Positions 26,601 through 41,100 of a stretch of 64,000 bases of DNA are shown one piece after another. The position numbers were made by a program, and so were the translations under genes. Source of the stretch: Podarcis gaigeae. Taxonomy: Eukaryota. Location: NCBI GenBank assembly GCA_964106915.2, contig OZ066915.1, one strand, 5' to 3'. The notes beneath the pieces were generated by a model. It worked only from the letters and a program-made list of their open reading frames with translations. It was not told the origin of the DNA and searched no databases. The stretch's first letter is position 1; the number at the start of each line of letters is the position of its first letter.

Positions 26601-29144
26601 GCTACACTCCCACTGATATTAATAGACTTCATACTTGAAATTTAAAATGCATTTTGTCTTTTAAAACACTAAGATTGGCACTTGATAATTTACAACCAAC
26701 TCAATCCTTTGACATAATGCTGCTGGGAAAAGTGATGCGAATTTCATTGTAACAGATCAACCCTCGCAGATGTCTATTTCAGTTACAAAAATACTTACTC
26801 ATGGCCTGATCTAGATTCATACTGTTACTCTTCAAGGCCTCTTCTGCTGGCTCTCTCTGCAAAAATGAGAAATTGCATTTTTTCACAACTATGAAACACA
26901 ATGTAGATTTTACAAGAACTGTAAAACAGGTGCAAGGAGAGACATACCTAGAGCTTTCAAACCATTCAACTGGTTGAAACAGAGGAATTTTGCAATCAAG
27001 TCAGTAATATATATGTAAAATTTGGAGCGAGATGGATTTGCTAGAAGCCATGATTCGGATCACCTTACACCGACTACTTCCTCTCTTAAGATATCATAAT
27101 CTGACATGCTGATTTTGGCTGGGACTTATGGAAGCTTGGGTCCACCAGCATCTGGGGGGGCTACAGGTTCCTCATCACTGCTTAACACCATGAAGCCAAA
27201 GCCAGAAGAAATACTAGCACGTGAATATTCCTGGACTAGAACCACATGATGGATGAGCTAGAAATTTAATAAATAAACAAACAAACCAAATGTTACTCAC
27301 TGGGAAGCCCATGTCTGTGAGCTGTTTTATCAGACGGTTCATGATCCAGGCCTCATCTTGCTTACTAGATGTCTTCATGCCCTGAGAAAATGAATTGAGA
27401 GGAAAAATGGAAAACTTTTAAACAAGAAAACCCTACACTCAATTTAATTCAACAGGACTTACTTCTAGGTAACAGTATATAGGATTGCAGTCTAAATTTC
27501 TTTTTAAGTTACTTTAAAGCTGGAAGTGGAGGCTTTCAGGTTTACACAAATCTTATTCTATTATTCTTATTAATCTTTCTTATACAATCAGCTGAGAAAG
27601 ATTCCTACTTTCTACCTTATTTGTTGGACAGCAGAGAAATAGCTTATCACACTTGTTAGCAAGCAGACATGCAATATGACCTGTAAACCTCTTGTGTCCC
27701 TTATTTGTCAGAACTCATTCTGACTATGTGCTCTTTGCACAAATGTTGAAATACTGCAAAAATCAGATATGTTTGTGTCTGTAAAGAACACGTGACTGAC
27801 ATCTACACCAGGGTGCAAAGGAATCTGTTAGGCAGGGCCATAGCATATCAACTGATTCTCTAGTCCATTCCAGCTTTCCAACACCATTTGAACATGACAA
27901 GTGATGGTAACTACAGGATAACAATCTTATTGTACTGCTCTTTGAAAATGATGACTTTCATACTTTTATAAAACAGTTTGATAAAGTATAAAAAAATAAG
28001 TGCCCGAACCATCTCATCTTACTGATTTTTATAACCCAGCTGTGCTTAGTCCTACCTTTTGAAGTCCTTTCTTTGGAGCATTTCCCCAGGAGCTACAAGA
28101 GGAATTACTCTCTTGTGAAGCAGTATTATTCCACATATCTCCTTCTTCATCTTCCCACTGACTTGTACTGAGATTTACTTCATCTCCACCACCGCCCCAG
28201 CCTTCTTGCATAGAAGATTTAGAAGCTGTAGGAGGAATGGAACATTTCAGTTGACCTTCCTATACTTTAAAATCAATGGGCTTCATTCGCATGTATCAGT
28301 CAAGATTTAGCACAAACATGTGGGCTCTCGCTGAGAAGGCAGCAACCACTTTGCTCCTCCCTCCAGCACTGCTGCACCACTGTGAGCCAAATCATGGCTT
28401 GGCTTAGTGGCTTATTCATCGGAACCTAGGCCTTTGATTTGTCTCATTCCATACAAATAATGAATGAAAAGCCATTGTTCGGAGTGAGAAAAACCACGAG
28501 CCTGGGTTCAGGAAACACACTAAGCCAAATCACAAGAAGCTGACAGCAGGAGTAATGTGGCCACTATTCCCTCTCTAGGACCCCAGACGCTCAGATCACA
28601 CTAAGCATTATGTGCGAGTCAATATATTTGGATTTTTTTCCGAGCTTGTTCCGTATTTTACTGCTACATCTATTTGGAGAGCTTATGTCTGAATTAATAA
28701 AAAGAGCATAGGTTATACATGTTGGCCCGTTGTTGGTTGTAGAAGTGATCAAGCAGAATACCTGTTTAAGCTAAAAAAAAGTAATCTGTATGAAAACAGA
28801 ACTATAATTCTTCTTGCGAACTCAGCCAAGACAAGTCAACACACACACTTACCTGGTTTGCACAGTACTGGGGCAGCAGCTGGTGCACTTGCTCTTCCAT
28901 ATGACCCTGCTGACTCAGCAGAGTTATCTCCCCACCCTGTACCGCTGCTGGGAGGCTTTCCCCATGCTGAAGTGCCATTATCAACTGCAGCAGAAGGGGA
29001 GGAAGGCTCTCCCCATGAAGCTTCAGGCTTTGCATGGATAGCAGGCATCTCTCCCCAGCCTGCTGAAATCAGAAATGGGGGGACATGGTTAGAGGAAACA
29101 AAGAAACATAAAATCAACTTTTCAGACTACATTTCCAGAAAACG

Positions 29145-29175
<31 letters not shown>

Positions 29176-32100
29176 CATAGCTATGGACAACTTTTAAACA
29201 TGAAGCAATTGGGGGAGAGAGGATTTAATTAAGACAGACCCATTTAATTTCCTCTTCAAGAAAGTATATACCTGTGCACAGTAAGAATAACTTGCTGAAA
29301 TTGTGAAGGAAGTGGTGCCTGCATCATAGTAAGAAACAGCACCCGGGATTCTTTTGGATGACTGAGTCGCAAGCATGCCCTACCTCCTACAAAATGCCAA
29401 TTGATTATGATAATATGACACATCAGATCAGATAAATGAAGATGTAGACACCATAGTGCCCTCCAGATGTTATTGGATAAACTGCCAGGGGCTGATGGGA
29501 GATGGACACGGACAATATCCGGTAGGTACTATCTTGGCTACACCTGGAGTAATGTGTGTCTTGATAACATATATGAAGCAGTTATTAAATCTGGAAACTA
29601 AAACCAAAGTGGTTTTTAAAGAAATTAGATAATTGGACCACATACTGAGTATGCCTTGATTTGATCCAGAGCAAAAGGTTACTATCACAGTGACAGAATG
29701 TTGTGTGTTTTACAAGGATAACATGGTCACTGGAGGAAGGAGTAAACATGAGAAAAGTAATTTACAACTTGAGATCAGATAATAAACAGAGTTTGCATGC
29801 AGTGACTATTTAAATTATTATTGTATTACATAGGGAAGACTCCCCCAGCTTTCACTTATTGTTATGAGCTGTCCAAAGAACACTGTCGTTGGGCAGCATG
29901 CAGATACTATAAAAAATGAAACAAAAGTCCCTGATCAGGAGCCAAGGATGGACTGAGTTGGCAATGGAACATGGTATCAATGGTATCAAAAGTGAATGAC
30001 AGAGCAGAAGTGGCAGAGTTGCTCTTCCACTGTCCCAATGAAGGTTGCCTTTCCCATATACTGTAACCCTTCACATTGAAAACAGCTCTTCCATGCTACA
30101 ACTAGGTTTGAAAACACTGTAGCCAACCGAGGGCTGTTTTCAAGCATAATTGCTGCACTGGGCAGCTGCAGCTGGGGAGAGGTTAATCCTCCCCATCTTT
30201 AGTGTTCATGATCACCTCTGGCAATTAGGTTTGAAACAAGTTGAAATGCTTTCCCAAAAATAGTTGCAGGGGGCGTGATATAGTATACACATGTGTGCTA
30301 TGTGTATACTATACGGCCATGTGTGTGATGTGTGAGAATGTGGGGGGGGGTTGCAGGAAGATCATCGTTACGACCCGCATTTGCTCATCCTTTTACAGAA
30401 TTCTGTCTATCATTCACCATTACCCTCGGTTTCTTGCAGCTGATGTATCTTTATTTAGGGTGGCTTTCTGTAATGTAAGAAGCTTTGAGGCAGAAAAAAG
30501 GTCCTGCACCAAACAGAAACATAGTAATTGCTTTGAGCCATCCTACGTTCCTAAACAGCTTGTATGCTGACTAGGAGTTGGCATCTTAATGATCAGCCCT
30601 TCCTTCTCTAGTAAAATCCTCATGCTTCTTTTCCAAAAGGAACCTTTACCACAGGAGGCAACGCTGCAAGGTCAAACGTCATGCTGCTGTTTACCAAAGC
30701 CCAGCTCTAATGCAGTAGGTCTGGCTTGGTTAATCACAGACAGCATACATCATTCCACTAATCACCTGGCTGCTAGCCAATAGTGGAGGAAAAATCACTT
30801 GTTAGCTTTGGGTCTCAGACCTGTCTTTTTAAAGATAAGTCTTCTCTAAGAGCTGCAGCATGTTGAAGTAACATGATTAATTTTAGATTCTTATTTTGAA
30901 TTTATTTTCATGGCAGACTTCAAAAGATCAGATTCTGATCTTCTCTTATTCAGGCACAAAGAGAAAGAAAATTAAGGCAGAGCTATCTAGAAAATAACAT
31001 TTGTTAACTGTGTGTGATCTGGGAACTGTGGTATTGGAAGGTGTTTCCCCATGAGTTTGGTTCAAATCCTTGTTTAATGTTCAAATCAGTAAGTCTTTAT
31101 CTCCAGGTCTGTGTGTAAAACAGGAGTTAGCTCAGGGGTATCCTTACTGTAAGGATATCTGATGGGGGAGGGAAACCTTTGGCCTGGCATGGGTCCCAAT
31201 TTGGTCCCCGAGGCCAACTTCTCCAAATCATGGCCACCTGCCCTATGTATGTGACACCAGGTGTGGGGCAGGTAGAAATGTGGCTAGACTGGGAAGTGTC
31301 AAGGTGTTTTTGCCTGATTTTGTGTGGGGTGGGGGTGGTTCTGAGCATTGCCAGGTTGTTTTCTGTAACCTGGGTATTTTGTAGTGCTTACACCAGTTCT
31401 TAGATTTCCATATGTACCCTTGGGCTCAGAAAGGTATATTGTGTAATACACTAAGACAAGGGTAGCCAGTGTGGTGGACTGCAACTGCCTTTATTCTTGA
31501 CCACTGCACACACTGGTTAAGCTAACAGGAGCTACTCCTGCCCCAAGGTATTTTATGGGAGTGAAGCTAACTGAAAAGACTGTGGAGGAGCTACCCCAAG
31601 ACTGTGGAGGAGCTACTGGGACTAGCGAGAGGAGGGGAGGACCTGTGAAGTAGCAAAAGGAGGCAAGCAGCCTAAGATAGGAAGATAGAAAAGGAGAGAA
31701 CTGAAGAGTGGATGCCAGATGGAGGTGTTTGTGTAGTGGAGACTGGAGAAAGAGTAGTCGGTTCATAAGGCATGGGGAACTTCAGAGATAAGGAAATATA
31801 AAGTTGAAAAACAGATTTGAAATAGCCAGCCCAATCTTTGGCTGGATGCCTCTCACATGGAGTTAAAAGGCTTTCCCTCATTTCTGCTTTCATCCTGTGG
31901 TCATATATTGACATACATGTTGGCATAGAAGAAATTAAGTCTCATTAATTATTAGAAAGGAAGCTAGAATGCACAATTTAAAGAGCTCTGAGTCTTTGCA
32001 ACAGTACATTTAACCTCAAGCTGAATACTGCAATTTCCACTGCAACATGTATTCATTTATTAAGTACAAAGAAAGAGGGACCAGCTTCCCTGGGTTCTCT

Positions 32101-35100
32101 TTAAATTCAATAATAATGATTAATCACTACCAATCTGTAATGTATAAGCCATTTTGTTAAATACATTGTGTTTTGAGCCACACAATGTTATGTAAATTAT
32201 TACGCACAACAAGGGAGTTCATGCCCTGGCAAATTACATGTAATTACATGAAAACAATAACATGTGTTAAGACACCCATAGTTTGTAAAGTTCTCAAGCG
32301 ATCAAATCAAGTGCAAAAAATTGCAGTGTTGAATATGACGGCAGTTAGTTATAAAAATCTTTAAACAGTAACTTGGGTATTGCTGACGTTTGAATCCCTG
32401 AAACATTTCAAACTCTACTGGGGGTTTCAGAACGGTTATGTATATTTGCATTTCTTAAGTAACACACTCTCTCTCACATACTACCTTCAATCCAATGAAG
32501 CATATTACTAATGATATTTCATAGGCTCACAGGATCAGATAGCTGAGTCTCTTTAGAAGTACTGCATTGGAGGATGATAGTGGGAGATCTCCACTGGGGA
32601 TGAATTTCGGCATGATATTTCTTCTGATTTTTTAAATACCCCAGTCATTTGTGTGTCATCCCTCAAAATAAACTGACTCACTACTGGTAGAAGGCATTCC
32701 TTGATGACCCAGACAAAGAACCATTCCATAACATCAACCTGCTTTCCCCAACATTAAGGCAGACTTATTTTTTAAAGGGCTACACATGTCTGGTTGATGA
32801 TAGGGTAACATACTTTATTTCAGCAGAGGCCTACCTGTTGCCTTCCAGGTGTTGCTGGACTACAACTCCCATCATCCCTGACACTGGCCATGCTGTTTGT
32901 GGCTGATGGGAATTCTGAGTCCAAAAACATATGGAAGGCCATATGTTAGCCACCAGTGCTTTATTTCATTGTAGCTAGAAAGTCAACAAGTAACTGATTT
33001 ATTGGAATTCAACAGTCCCAATTTTAAGAATCCTGGAATTGTAGAGTTGGAAGGAACTCCTGAGGGTCATCTAGTCTCAACTAAAGCATCCATGACAGAT
33101 GGGCATCCAACCTCTGCTTAAAAACCTCCAAGGAAGGAGTCCCCACTAGCTATGAATTCCCCACATGACCTGGGACAAGCAACAATGTTTACACTTTATA
33201 GATACCTATGACTAAAATAAAAGTATGTGGGTGCTTTTGGATCCACATGTATAACTAAAGGTGGATAATATACTTCATAATTTTGTTTACATCCCACAGA
33301 TACACTGTAATTGAATTGTAAGAAGATATAATAGAAGGGGAAAGCTCATCCTGCAAGGGGCAGCAAGAAGTAATTTGGCACTCACCTCTCACTTTGTTAT
33401 GTCTGCACTATTGCTGAAAATAAGCCAGAGAAATGGCTTTCTTATCTTACAGTACCTCACCAGGACAACATCCTTACTAGAGGAACACTTCAAAGCACAG
33501 AGGAAACAGAGGACAGACAAAGAGAATAAATCATCGGGTAGACAAAAACATCAGTAAATGAAGGGTTTTGTGCTGTCATCTTATTTGCTGGAACTGTTTA
33601 TGTTGTCTGTCCAGCCCAGCTAGGATAGAAAGCCAAAGTGGCATTAATCCAGGTTTTTACTTTTCTACGCACATATAGGCTTCATTTGTTACCATGCAGG
33701 ATGCAAACTTCCATTTCAAATGTGGCTATATAATGTCTCAATAAAGATTTATGATTCTATACATGCTTTGGGGGACAAAATAATAACTTAGGTCTATATA
33801 TTTTAAGTTAGTTTGCTGTGTTTTAATATTTTTTTACATTATCTAGAAAGAAGGCTGATACTACGGAATAGTAGCCCCACACAATGAACTATAAAAGACC
33901 ACAGAAATATTTAATTCTGAGTCAACGAGAAATTTAAAAAATCTTACATAAACAGCCTTTTTCTAGTGCAACTCTTGTAGCTTACAATATAAATGGATTC
34001 TATTAGTCACTGGGGGCATTTAAATGATTCAAAGTAAGAGATTTTCATGTCTTATTAAGGTCACCACATTACATTACTAGAGTATTAAGTTACATTCAAA
34101 TTGTGTTGTGTTTTCATGCTAGTTTCCCCAAACGGGAAGTACTGCTGAACTCAGCTGTGCAATTCATTAGGAGCTGGCACTGAAATAATGTTGTGGAGGA
34201 GAGGTGTAATCTCTTGTCCTTCACCATGCAGATAATCTGCCATCTGAAGTGTGGTTTCTCTGTAAACTCCTGGTCACACAGAAGCCTCTCCCTCTGGGAG
34301 AAGAGGCATTTGTGTGGATGACCCAGCTCACATGGGTAGTTTTCTACATAGTGGAGGTGAGGGGCTTATATTGGGGCCAAATCAACAGCAAGAATCAGGA
34401 CTACCCCAAACACATATTGCAGATGAGCCTGAAAATCTCAGCTTTTCTTTAAAAGAAACCAAAAAGGTTTCTAGGCAATGTGGCTCTAAAGAAAGGCCTG
34501 TAAATATAACTGCACTAGGTAGTTGTGAGGAAAGATGATGGGCATCTTTAGGAATCTTTTGGATTCAGTCAGAGAGAAGGGGAAAACCCATACCTTAGCC
34601 CTTCTTTGTAGCTACCATTTATCTCCCTGTTACATACTGCTTTCTAGCCACCCCAGCTGCCTGTCTCTTCTGCCTTGCCCATGAAAAAACCCTTTTTTCT
34701 AAGCAGGCGACTGCTTATGAGAGGAGTGCCAACATGCACCAGTAGAGCAAATCCACCCCTCCTGTCAATACATCCACACTGTATTGAGCTCCACACCAGG
34801 TCGCCCTGTCCCACAAGATAAGTGGCAGTGACACGCCTGCTGGGAAGCTAGCACTGCAGCTTTGCCCCACTGGGTGAGTCGCTACTGCTGGTATATTACT
34901 ATACAACTTGTAACAAATGCTGCTATTATTGATCCAGAAAAACATTGATTTAGAATATCTGGATAGCCTTGTCGAAGTCCCTCATGCTTATGTAAACTCA
35001 GCAGTCTGCACACAGTAAATGTACAGGAGAGTCGCTTTGTGGATGCAATTTAGGGTAGTGGGGAAGAGTCATAGCTACCATTTCATTCAGCCATATACCA

Positions 35101-38100
35101 TCGCTTCATTTATGGTTGAAAACTGAAAATATCAAACAGTGTTTTCATGGATGAATTCAACTGCTGATCCCTAAATATATGGAGCTGAGATTGTAGCTGT
35201 ACCAGTTGCTGGCACTTCTGTGACTCAGGCTACTCTCATCTCTGTATCAACTCTGCCTTCTATACTGGCTCGTGGGAGAGGGCTGGCCGTTATTTGGGGC
35301 TACAGGGTTGTGACATATCCCACATAGGAACAGCCTGTACACAAGGGGCTGGACTGCTCAGTCCCCAGGGGCATTGGCATGTGTGTGTGTGTTTGTGTGA
35401 ATGCATTTATAATGGATTTATCAATTGGCCAGGCATGCCTTAGCCACAGCACAATGACAAGGAGGGTCCAGTGCTCATATTATGGGGGAAAGGTAGGGGG
35501 ATCTTAATGAAATCTACAAATCCCACCCCTCTGACTGTCCCCAAATTTATATCTATTATGACCCCCACACAAATGCATTTTACAGGGTGAGTCCTTTAAA
35601 AAGGCCCTGTGGATACAGAGTACACATGTTTCACAGAGCCTCTTTTAAAGGACTCACGCTGTAGAACAGCAGCTGATGTGGTTAGCACAAAGGCAAGGGG
35701 ACAGGACACATCTGTCCTTGTAAGGCCCCACATCAGGGCAGACTGTCACAGCTGTTCCATCATGGTTCACAGCTGCTTGCCCACATGTGAAGCTTCCAGG
35801 GCACTTGGTAGGGGTTGAATCATGCCCACTTTGTAGAGATGTCCACATCCCACTAAAGGATTGAATATTCATTTTTAATGCTGAAGTAATAGGTGCTTTA
35901 AAATCTTCCTACCCAAGTTTGATATGTCACTACTTATGAACCTCAGTACAGGTAGCTCATCTACCTTCATCTACCAAATCTGGTCAAAGGGTTACAAAAT
36001 TTCTAGGGGCATGAGATCCAAGTACATAAGGCATTCAGACTGGATAAAATCTCCTCCAAAAATATTTTCTTAAACGTTATCAAGTGAAATAGAGAAAATG
36101 GCACAAAGACATTAAAATTGGGGGGGGGGGGGAGGGCAAGCGTTAATGATTAGGAGCTGCATTCATCTGGTAGTGGTAAGTTAAAACTTGAGGACTGGCT
36201 CAAAGTACAAGGATTGTCAAAGGTTTTCTTCACTGCTGAAAAGAATTGGAAGTTTTTAAATACTAGGACAACACAAACTACAGCTAATTATTTTGTTCAG
36301 CAAAAAATAAAAAGAAAACACAGAGTTTTCTATTTCTTAAGACAAAAATCTCTTTGTATGAGATAATGAATAAAAACCACTGGTTCAACAACTAAGCAGC
36401 CTCTTGGGTAACAGCCACAATTGCAGAAATGTATCTTTGGCAGGAGACAGCCAGAGTAACAGAAACAGATGGATAGTGTCGGAGAATGCACATCAAAGAG
36501 GAACAAACAGTAACAGAGCAAAGAAAGTAAATTCAAAAACATGATGAAATTATATCTTACCATATAATATTTTTGTAAGAAAAAAGTCATGCTGCAGTTT
36601 GTGTGGCTGCCAATAGGTGGCCATGAGAACAGCAGCAACAACAGCAGGCAGAGCAAGGGAGCAGAGCAGACAGGCTGGCAGCACAAGTGAGGGAGCTGGC
36701 AGAGCAAAACGGCAGGTGGGTTACCCAGGAAGGCCTCCCCCTGTTCTGTCTGCAGCCACTGCCACCTGGGAAGCCTGGGGTTTGAACGAGCAGGCAGGCC
36801 GTCCAGCAGAGGGAGCATGCACCCTGGCAGACCTTCATGTGCTCCCTGTCTTTGCTGCTGCTGCCCAATGTTTGCCAACCCCCCCCCCTCTCCTCACAAC
36901 TTGCCTCAAACCACTGCAGTGTGAAGCAAAGGGGAGAAAGACTTTCTCCTCTTCATTCCCCTTTCGTCTGCAAGTGACAGCAGGATCTTGGGATGGGGCA
37001 AGCTGTGAGGGTATGGGTATGTTTTGGGGGATGGGGATCTGCAACTGGGGTGGCAACAGTTAAGACAGATTAAATGAGGTGTGAGGGGATGGGGAGCTTT
37101 GAGTGAAAGAAGGGGATTGGCAAAGGGATTGGGGGAGTTGGCAAGCAATGTGAGCCACAGCAACGCTCCCTAATGAAGATGATATTGTCAGATATGTCCT
37201 ATGAAGGGATAGTGATCTGACAAGCATGTGCAGATGAATTGACAACCATTATGTCCCATAGAATTGCCAGATTATGGCTTTAAACACACCTACTTGGCTA
37301 TGTATATTTTAAAACAAGGTATTAGTATCACTAGCCAATTACCAAAATCATTTCATAATCTGATAATTCTTTATACCTTTTTGATTTTTTTCTCCATCCT
37401 TAGTAAAGCAATTATTATCGTAACCACAATTTCAAAAAAAAGATGATCCACAGACTGATCTAATGGCATGCTGTCTGCATCTTTTATCCTTTTGCATATC
37501 ATTTCTCATATATGTAATTTTCATCTGGTCACCCTAACTTAGCCTCTTGTGTCTGCCCTGTCTGTGTGCTGTAATTCAGAATGGAAAATGAAATGATAAA
37601 TTTTAATAGCAATGAGTATTTTGGACACCTTTTTATACCTTATTCGTATTAAATACAAACTTATCCTTAAGGCAGGAAGTATAGCTTGAATATAAACAAA
37701 TAATGCCTACATCATACTTATTAAAGTTTCTTTCCAAAAGGTAGCATACATATTTTGAGAAAACAAAAGCTGTATCATACCTGGACCAAGCAGCGGGGAC
37801 CGGTTTGACTGGGCACTTGACTGGTGCGGTGGCTGAGGCTCAGCCATGTTTGCGTTGATAATGGTGGTGCTAGTGGTGGCGGTTGTGGTACTGCTCTGGA
37901 TTACAGGATTGTTTCTATCCCACATGTTTACAGTCTTGTTGTTATTGTAATTTGGGTCACCCCAAGCTGAGGTACCATCATCAATCTCCATCTTGCGCCG
38001 AATGGATGGTGGAGAGGGCTCTTCCCACCCCGTTGCTTCACTACTATCTTTCTGTTTGGCTGGCACTGGTCCACCAACCCATCCTGATCCAGTCTGTTTA

Positions 38101-41100
38101 ACAGAAGCAGCTCCTCCCCAATTACTCACGTTGTTGTCCTGGGATTTAGAAGCCCAATTCTGTTGAGGACCAGGTTTTAAAGATTCCCCCCAGCTCGTAC
38201 CTGTATTAGCCTTGCTGTTTGTGCCATTTCCCCATCCAGTGGTCCCAGAACGCGTATCATTCCAGCCAGACCCTGCTCTATTGTCAGCATCCCATCCAGA
38301 ACCATTCTTTTTCCCATCTCCCAAGTGTCCAGGGACAGATGAGGAATCAACCCAATCTCCACCCCCTGAAGTCCAGCCTGGATTCGATTTCTGTCCATCT
38401 CCCCAGTTTTGAGATTTGGGTTTCTGAGGTTCACCCCAAGTAGGCGACTTGTCCTCCTGATTTGTGGTCCCACTCCAAGTGTGGCCACTTTTGGCAGCAG
38501 CAGCATTATTGACAGCAGTAGAACTTGCCGGCTCTCCCCATCCCCCTGGGCCATTTGGCGCTTTGTTATTGTTGTCGCCCCAACCTGTATTAGTTGGAAC
38601 TGTTGCAGGTGGAGAGCTGACCCACCCAGATACTGAAGAGGTATTTGTACTGTTCATGATGGACCCATCATTCTTGCCCCCCGAGTTTGAAGGCTGAGTA
38701 GCTGCACAACCCCAGGCCTCAGTTCCATTGTCATTCTTTCGTTCAGACCTTGGGGATTCTTCAAATTCCCAGGCAGTGTTTTGTTTTACAGGAGTCTGTC
38801 CCCATCCAGTGTTGGACAGAACCCTTGGGTCAAGGTCATTCCTTGGCAACTGGACTTGTCCTTGGTCTAGCATTCCCTTGTCTCTTCTTCGAGCCTCTCC
38901 AGTTCCTTCCCTCCCAGTACTGCCTTCATTCTGACTCCCATTGCTATCATTACTGCCTTCACTACCTGTGTTGCCAGATGCTGCAGCTTTGGCCCAAGAG
39001 TTTATTTGTTCATTGCCCTGCTGCATGGCAGGATTCTGGCTGGTAACACTAGAGCTATCCCACCCTGTTGATCCTTTCCCATTGATGTCATTACTGGAAT
39101 GCTGGTTTGGGGGCTTGCTCCATTCACCATTAACGCCATTACTGGTGCTGCGGTTTGGGTGGCCCCAAGCACCAGAATGCATATTACCAACGCCACTGTT
39201 GCCACTGCCCCTGCCCCATGCTAAGATCCCAGGACCAGCAGGAGGCCCCGAATCCCATGCACTTGTTCCATTCCCTTCCTTTTGTACAGCACTGCTGGAT
39301 CCATTTTGTTTAGCACTTAATGCTGAGTTCACAGTGTCTCCATTCCCCTGACTGAACCCAGAATTGCTGTTTCCTGTGGCAGGATTACCTGGGGATATCC
39401 CCCACACTGAATTGCCCATTCCTTCACCACTTCCCCCACTGACTTGAGAAACTGATGTCCCATTAGCACCAGGAAGGCTTTGCAGGTGGGGCGGGATGAT
39501 GGCCCCCATGCCAACAGCCATGCCCCAGTTCGGCAGTCCATTTGTCTGCATTGCATTGATAGGGTTTGGTGAAGAGTTCATNNNNNNNNNNNNNNNNNNN
39601 NNNNNNNNNNNNNNNNNNNNNNNNNNNNNNNNNNNNNNNNNNNNNNNNNNNNNNNNNNNNNNNNNNNNNNNNNNNNNNNNNNNNNNNNNNNNNNNNNNNN
39701 NNNNNNNNNNNNNNNNNNNNNTCCCATTCTGGTTGCCCATGTTCTGACCTATGGCACTGACTGGACTGCAAATACTGGAAGGGTTGCCTGCTCCCACAGT
39801 TCCTTCATGTCCGAGTACAGGCCAGGCAGCTGGATTGGCATTTGGATTAAGGTTAAGATTAATGCCAGCATTTGAGTTGGAAGCACCCCAGCAATTTTGA
39901 CTTCTACCATCTCCAATCATGTTGTCCATCTTTCCATCCCCACCACTGGCAGAGCAATGAGCTAAGCCAGAGTTGGAACCTGTGGCAACACCCCACACTC
40001 TGGCTGAATTTCCATTACCATTTGCTCCACCAGCTCCAAGGGCACTCTGGTTAGAAGTGCTTTGGATGAGTGCTCCATTGGTGCCATTATTGCCATTGGG
40101 TTTCTTTGTATGTCCAGTGAAGTTGCCTTGGGCACTCCCTGTAGCCATGCTACTGTTCTCTGAGCCACAGTTGGAGGCAGAGTCAGTGTCTGTAGTACAT
40201 TCTGAGGCAGATTCAGTCTCAGTTCCTGTAATGGAAGGCCACGCTTCCTTGTCAGTCCTGTCTATTATCACTTTATCCCAGCTGCAATTGGCTTCACTTC
40301 GGAAAGTGGGCTGCTGTCCCCAGTGAGTATTCTCATAATGGTCTCCCAATCCGCTGTGACCAAGGTCTGAAAAATTAAACATGATGTAAATTAGTCTGCT
40401 ATCCAATGACCCAGATACATCAGTTGAACTCTGGCTTGATTGTTATGTTTACATTCTTTAAGACTCTTCCTCCCTCCTTTAGAGTCTAGCTTATGGGTAG
40501 GGGTTCCCAACTTTCACTAAGCCCTTGGAGAAGCACGGCTTGTGAATCCAAACAAATTCTTCAATAAGCATAGTAATGCATTTTGAATTCTAGGTTCTGA
40601 AAAAACAAGTATGTTCAGTGCTAATACACAAAGGATTTACATGCAGACAATAGTACTATTTCTCTTTTATTAGGTTGCACTAATAGGGTCAGATATAATA
40701 AGCAATACTTTGGGGCATGCAATTTCCAATATTTTCCTATATGCCACATACATTTTAAGCTGAACTATTAAACGGGAACTAGAAATGAAAGAAGAACTCT
40801 ACAAAACCAATCAAGCGTATTCTGTGGTCAACGAACAGTTATTCATGCCTTGTTAAATTTAGAAACAGAGATAAAAACTTCACTGTGAGGACTGATTTCC
40901 AATATTAAAATACTTCTCAAACATATGAGTTGTTACCACTTTCAGTTGTATGTTTTCACTGCATGAAATGAAATCAAAGAAATACTTTAGAAAGTATTAT
41001 CACTGTAAACTAAGACTTTGATGACATGTCTGGTACTCGTTGGCGTACATACGATCACTCTAGTACAGAAGGTGGAGCCACACATAGTGCTGGTGCACGG

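Noticed and set aside
36330-37163. Overlapping 73-182 aa ORFs in a GC-rich patch
   Set aside because: Low-complexity with no domain or splice support; probably the interior of a decayed repeat.
37883-40326. Multiple plus-strand ORFs over the large exon
   Set aside because: They are antisense shadows of a low-complexity coding exon.
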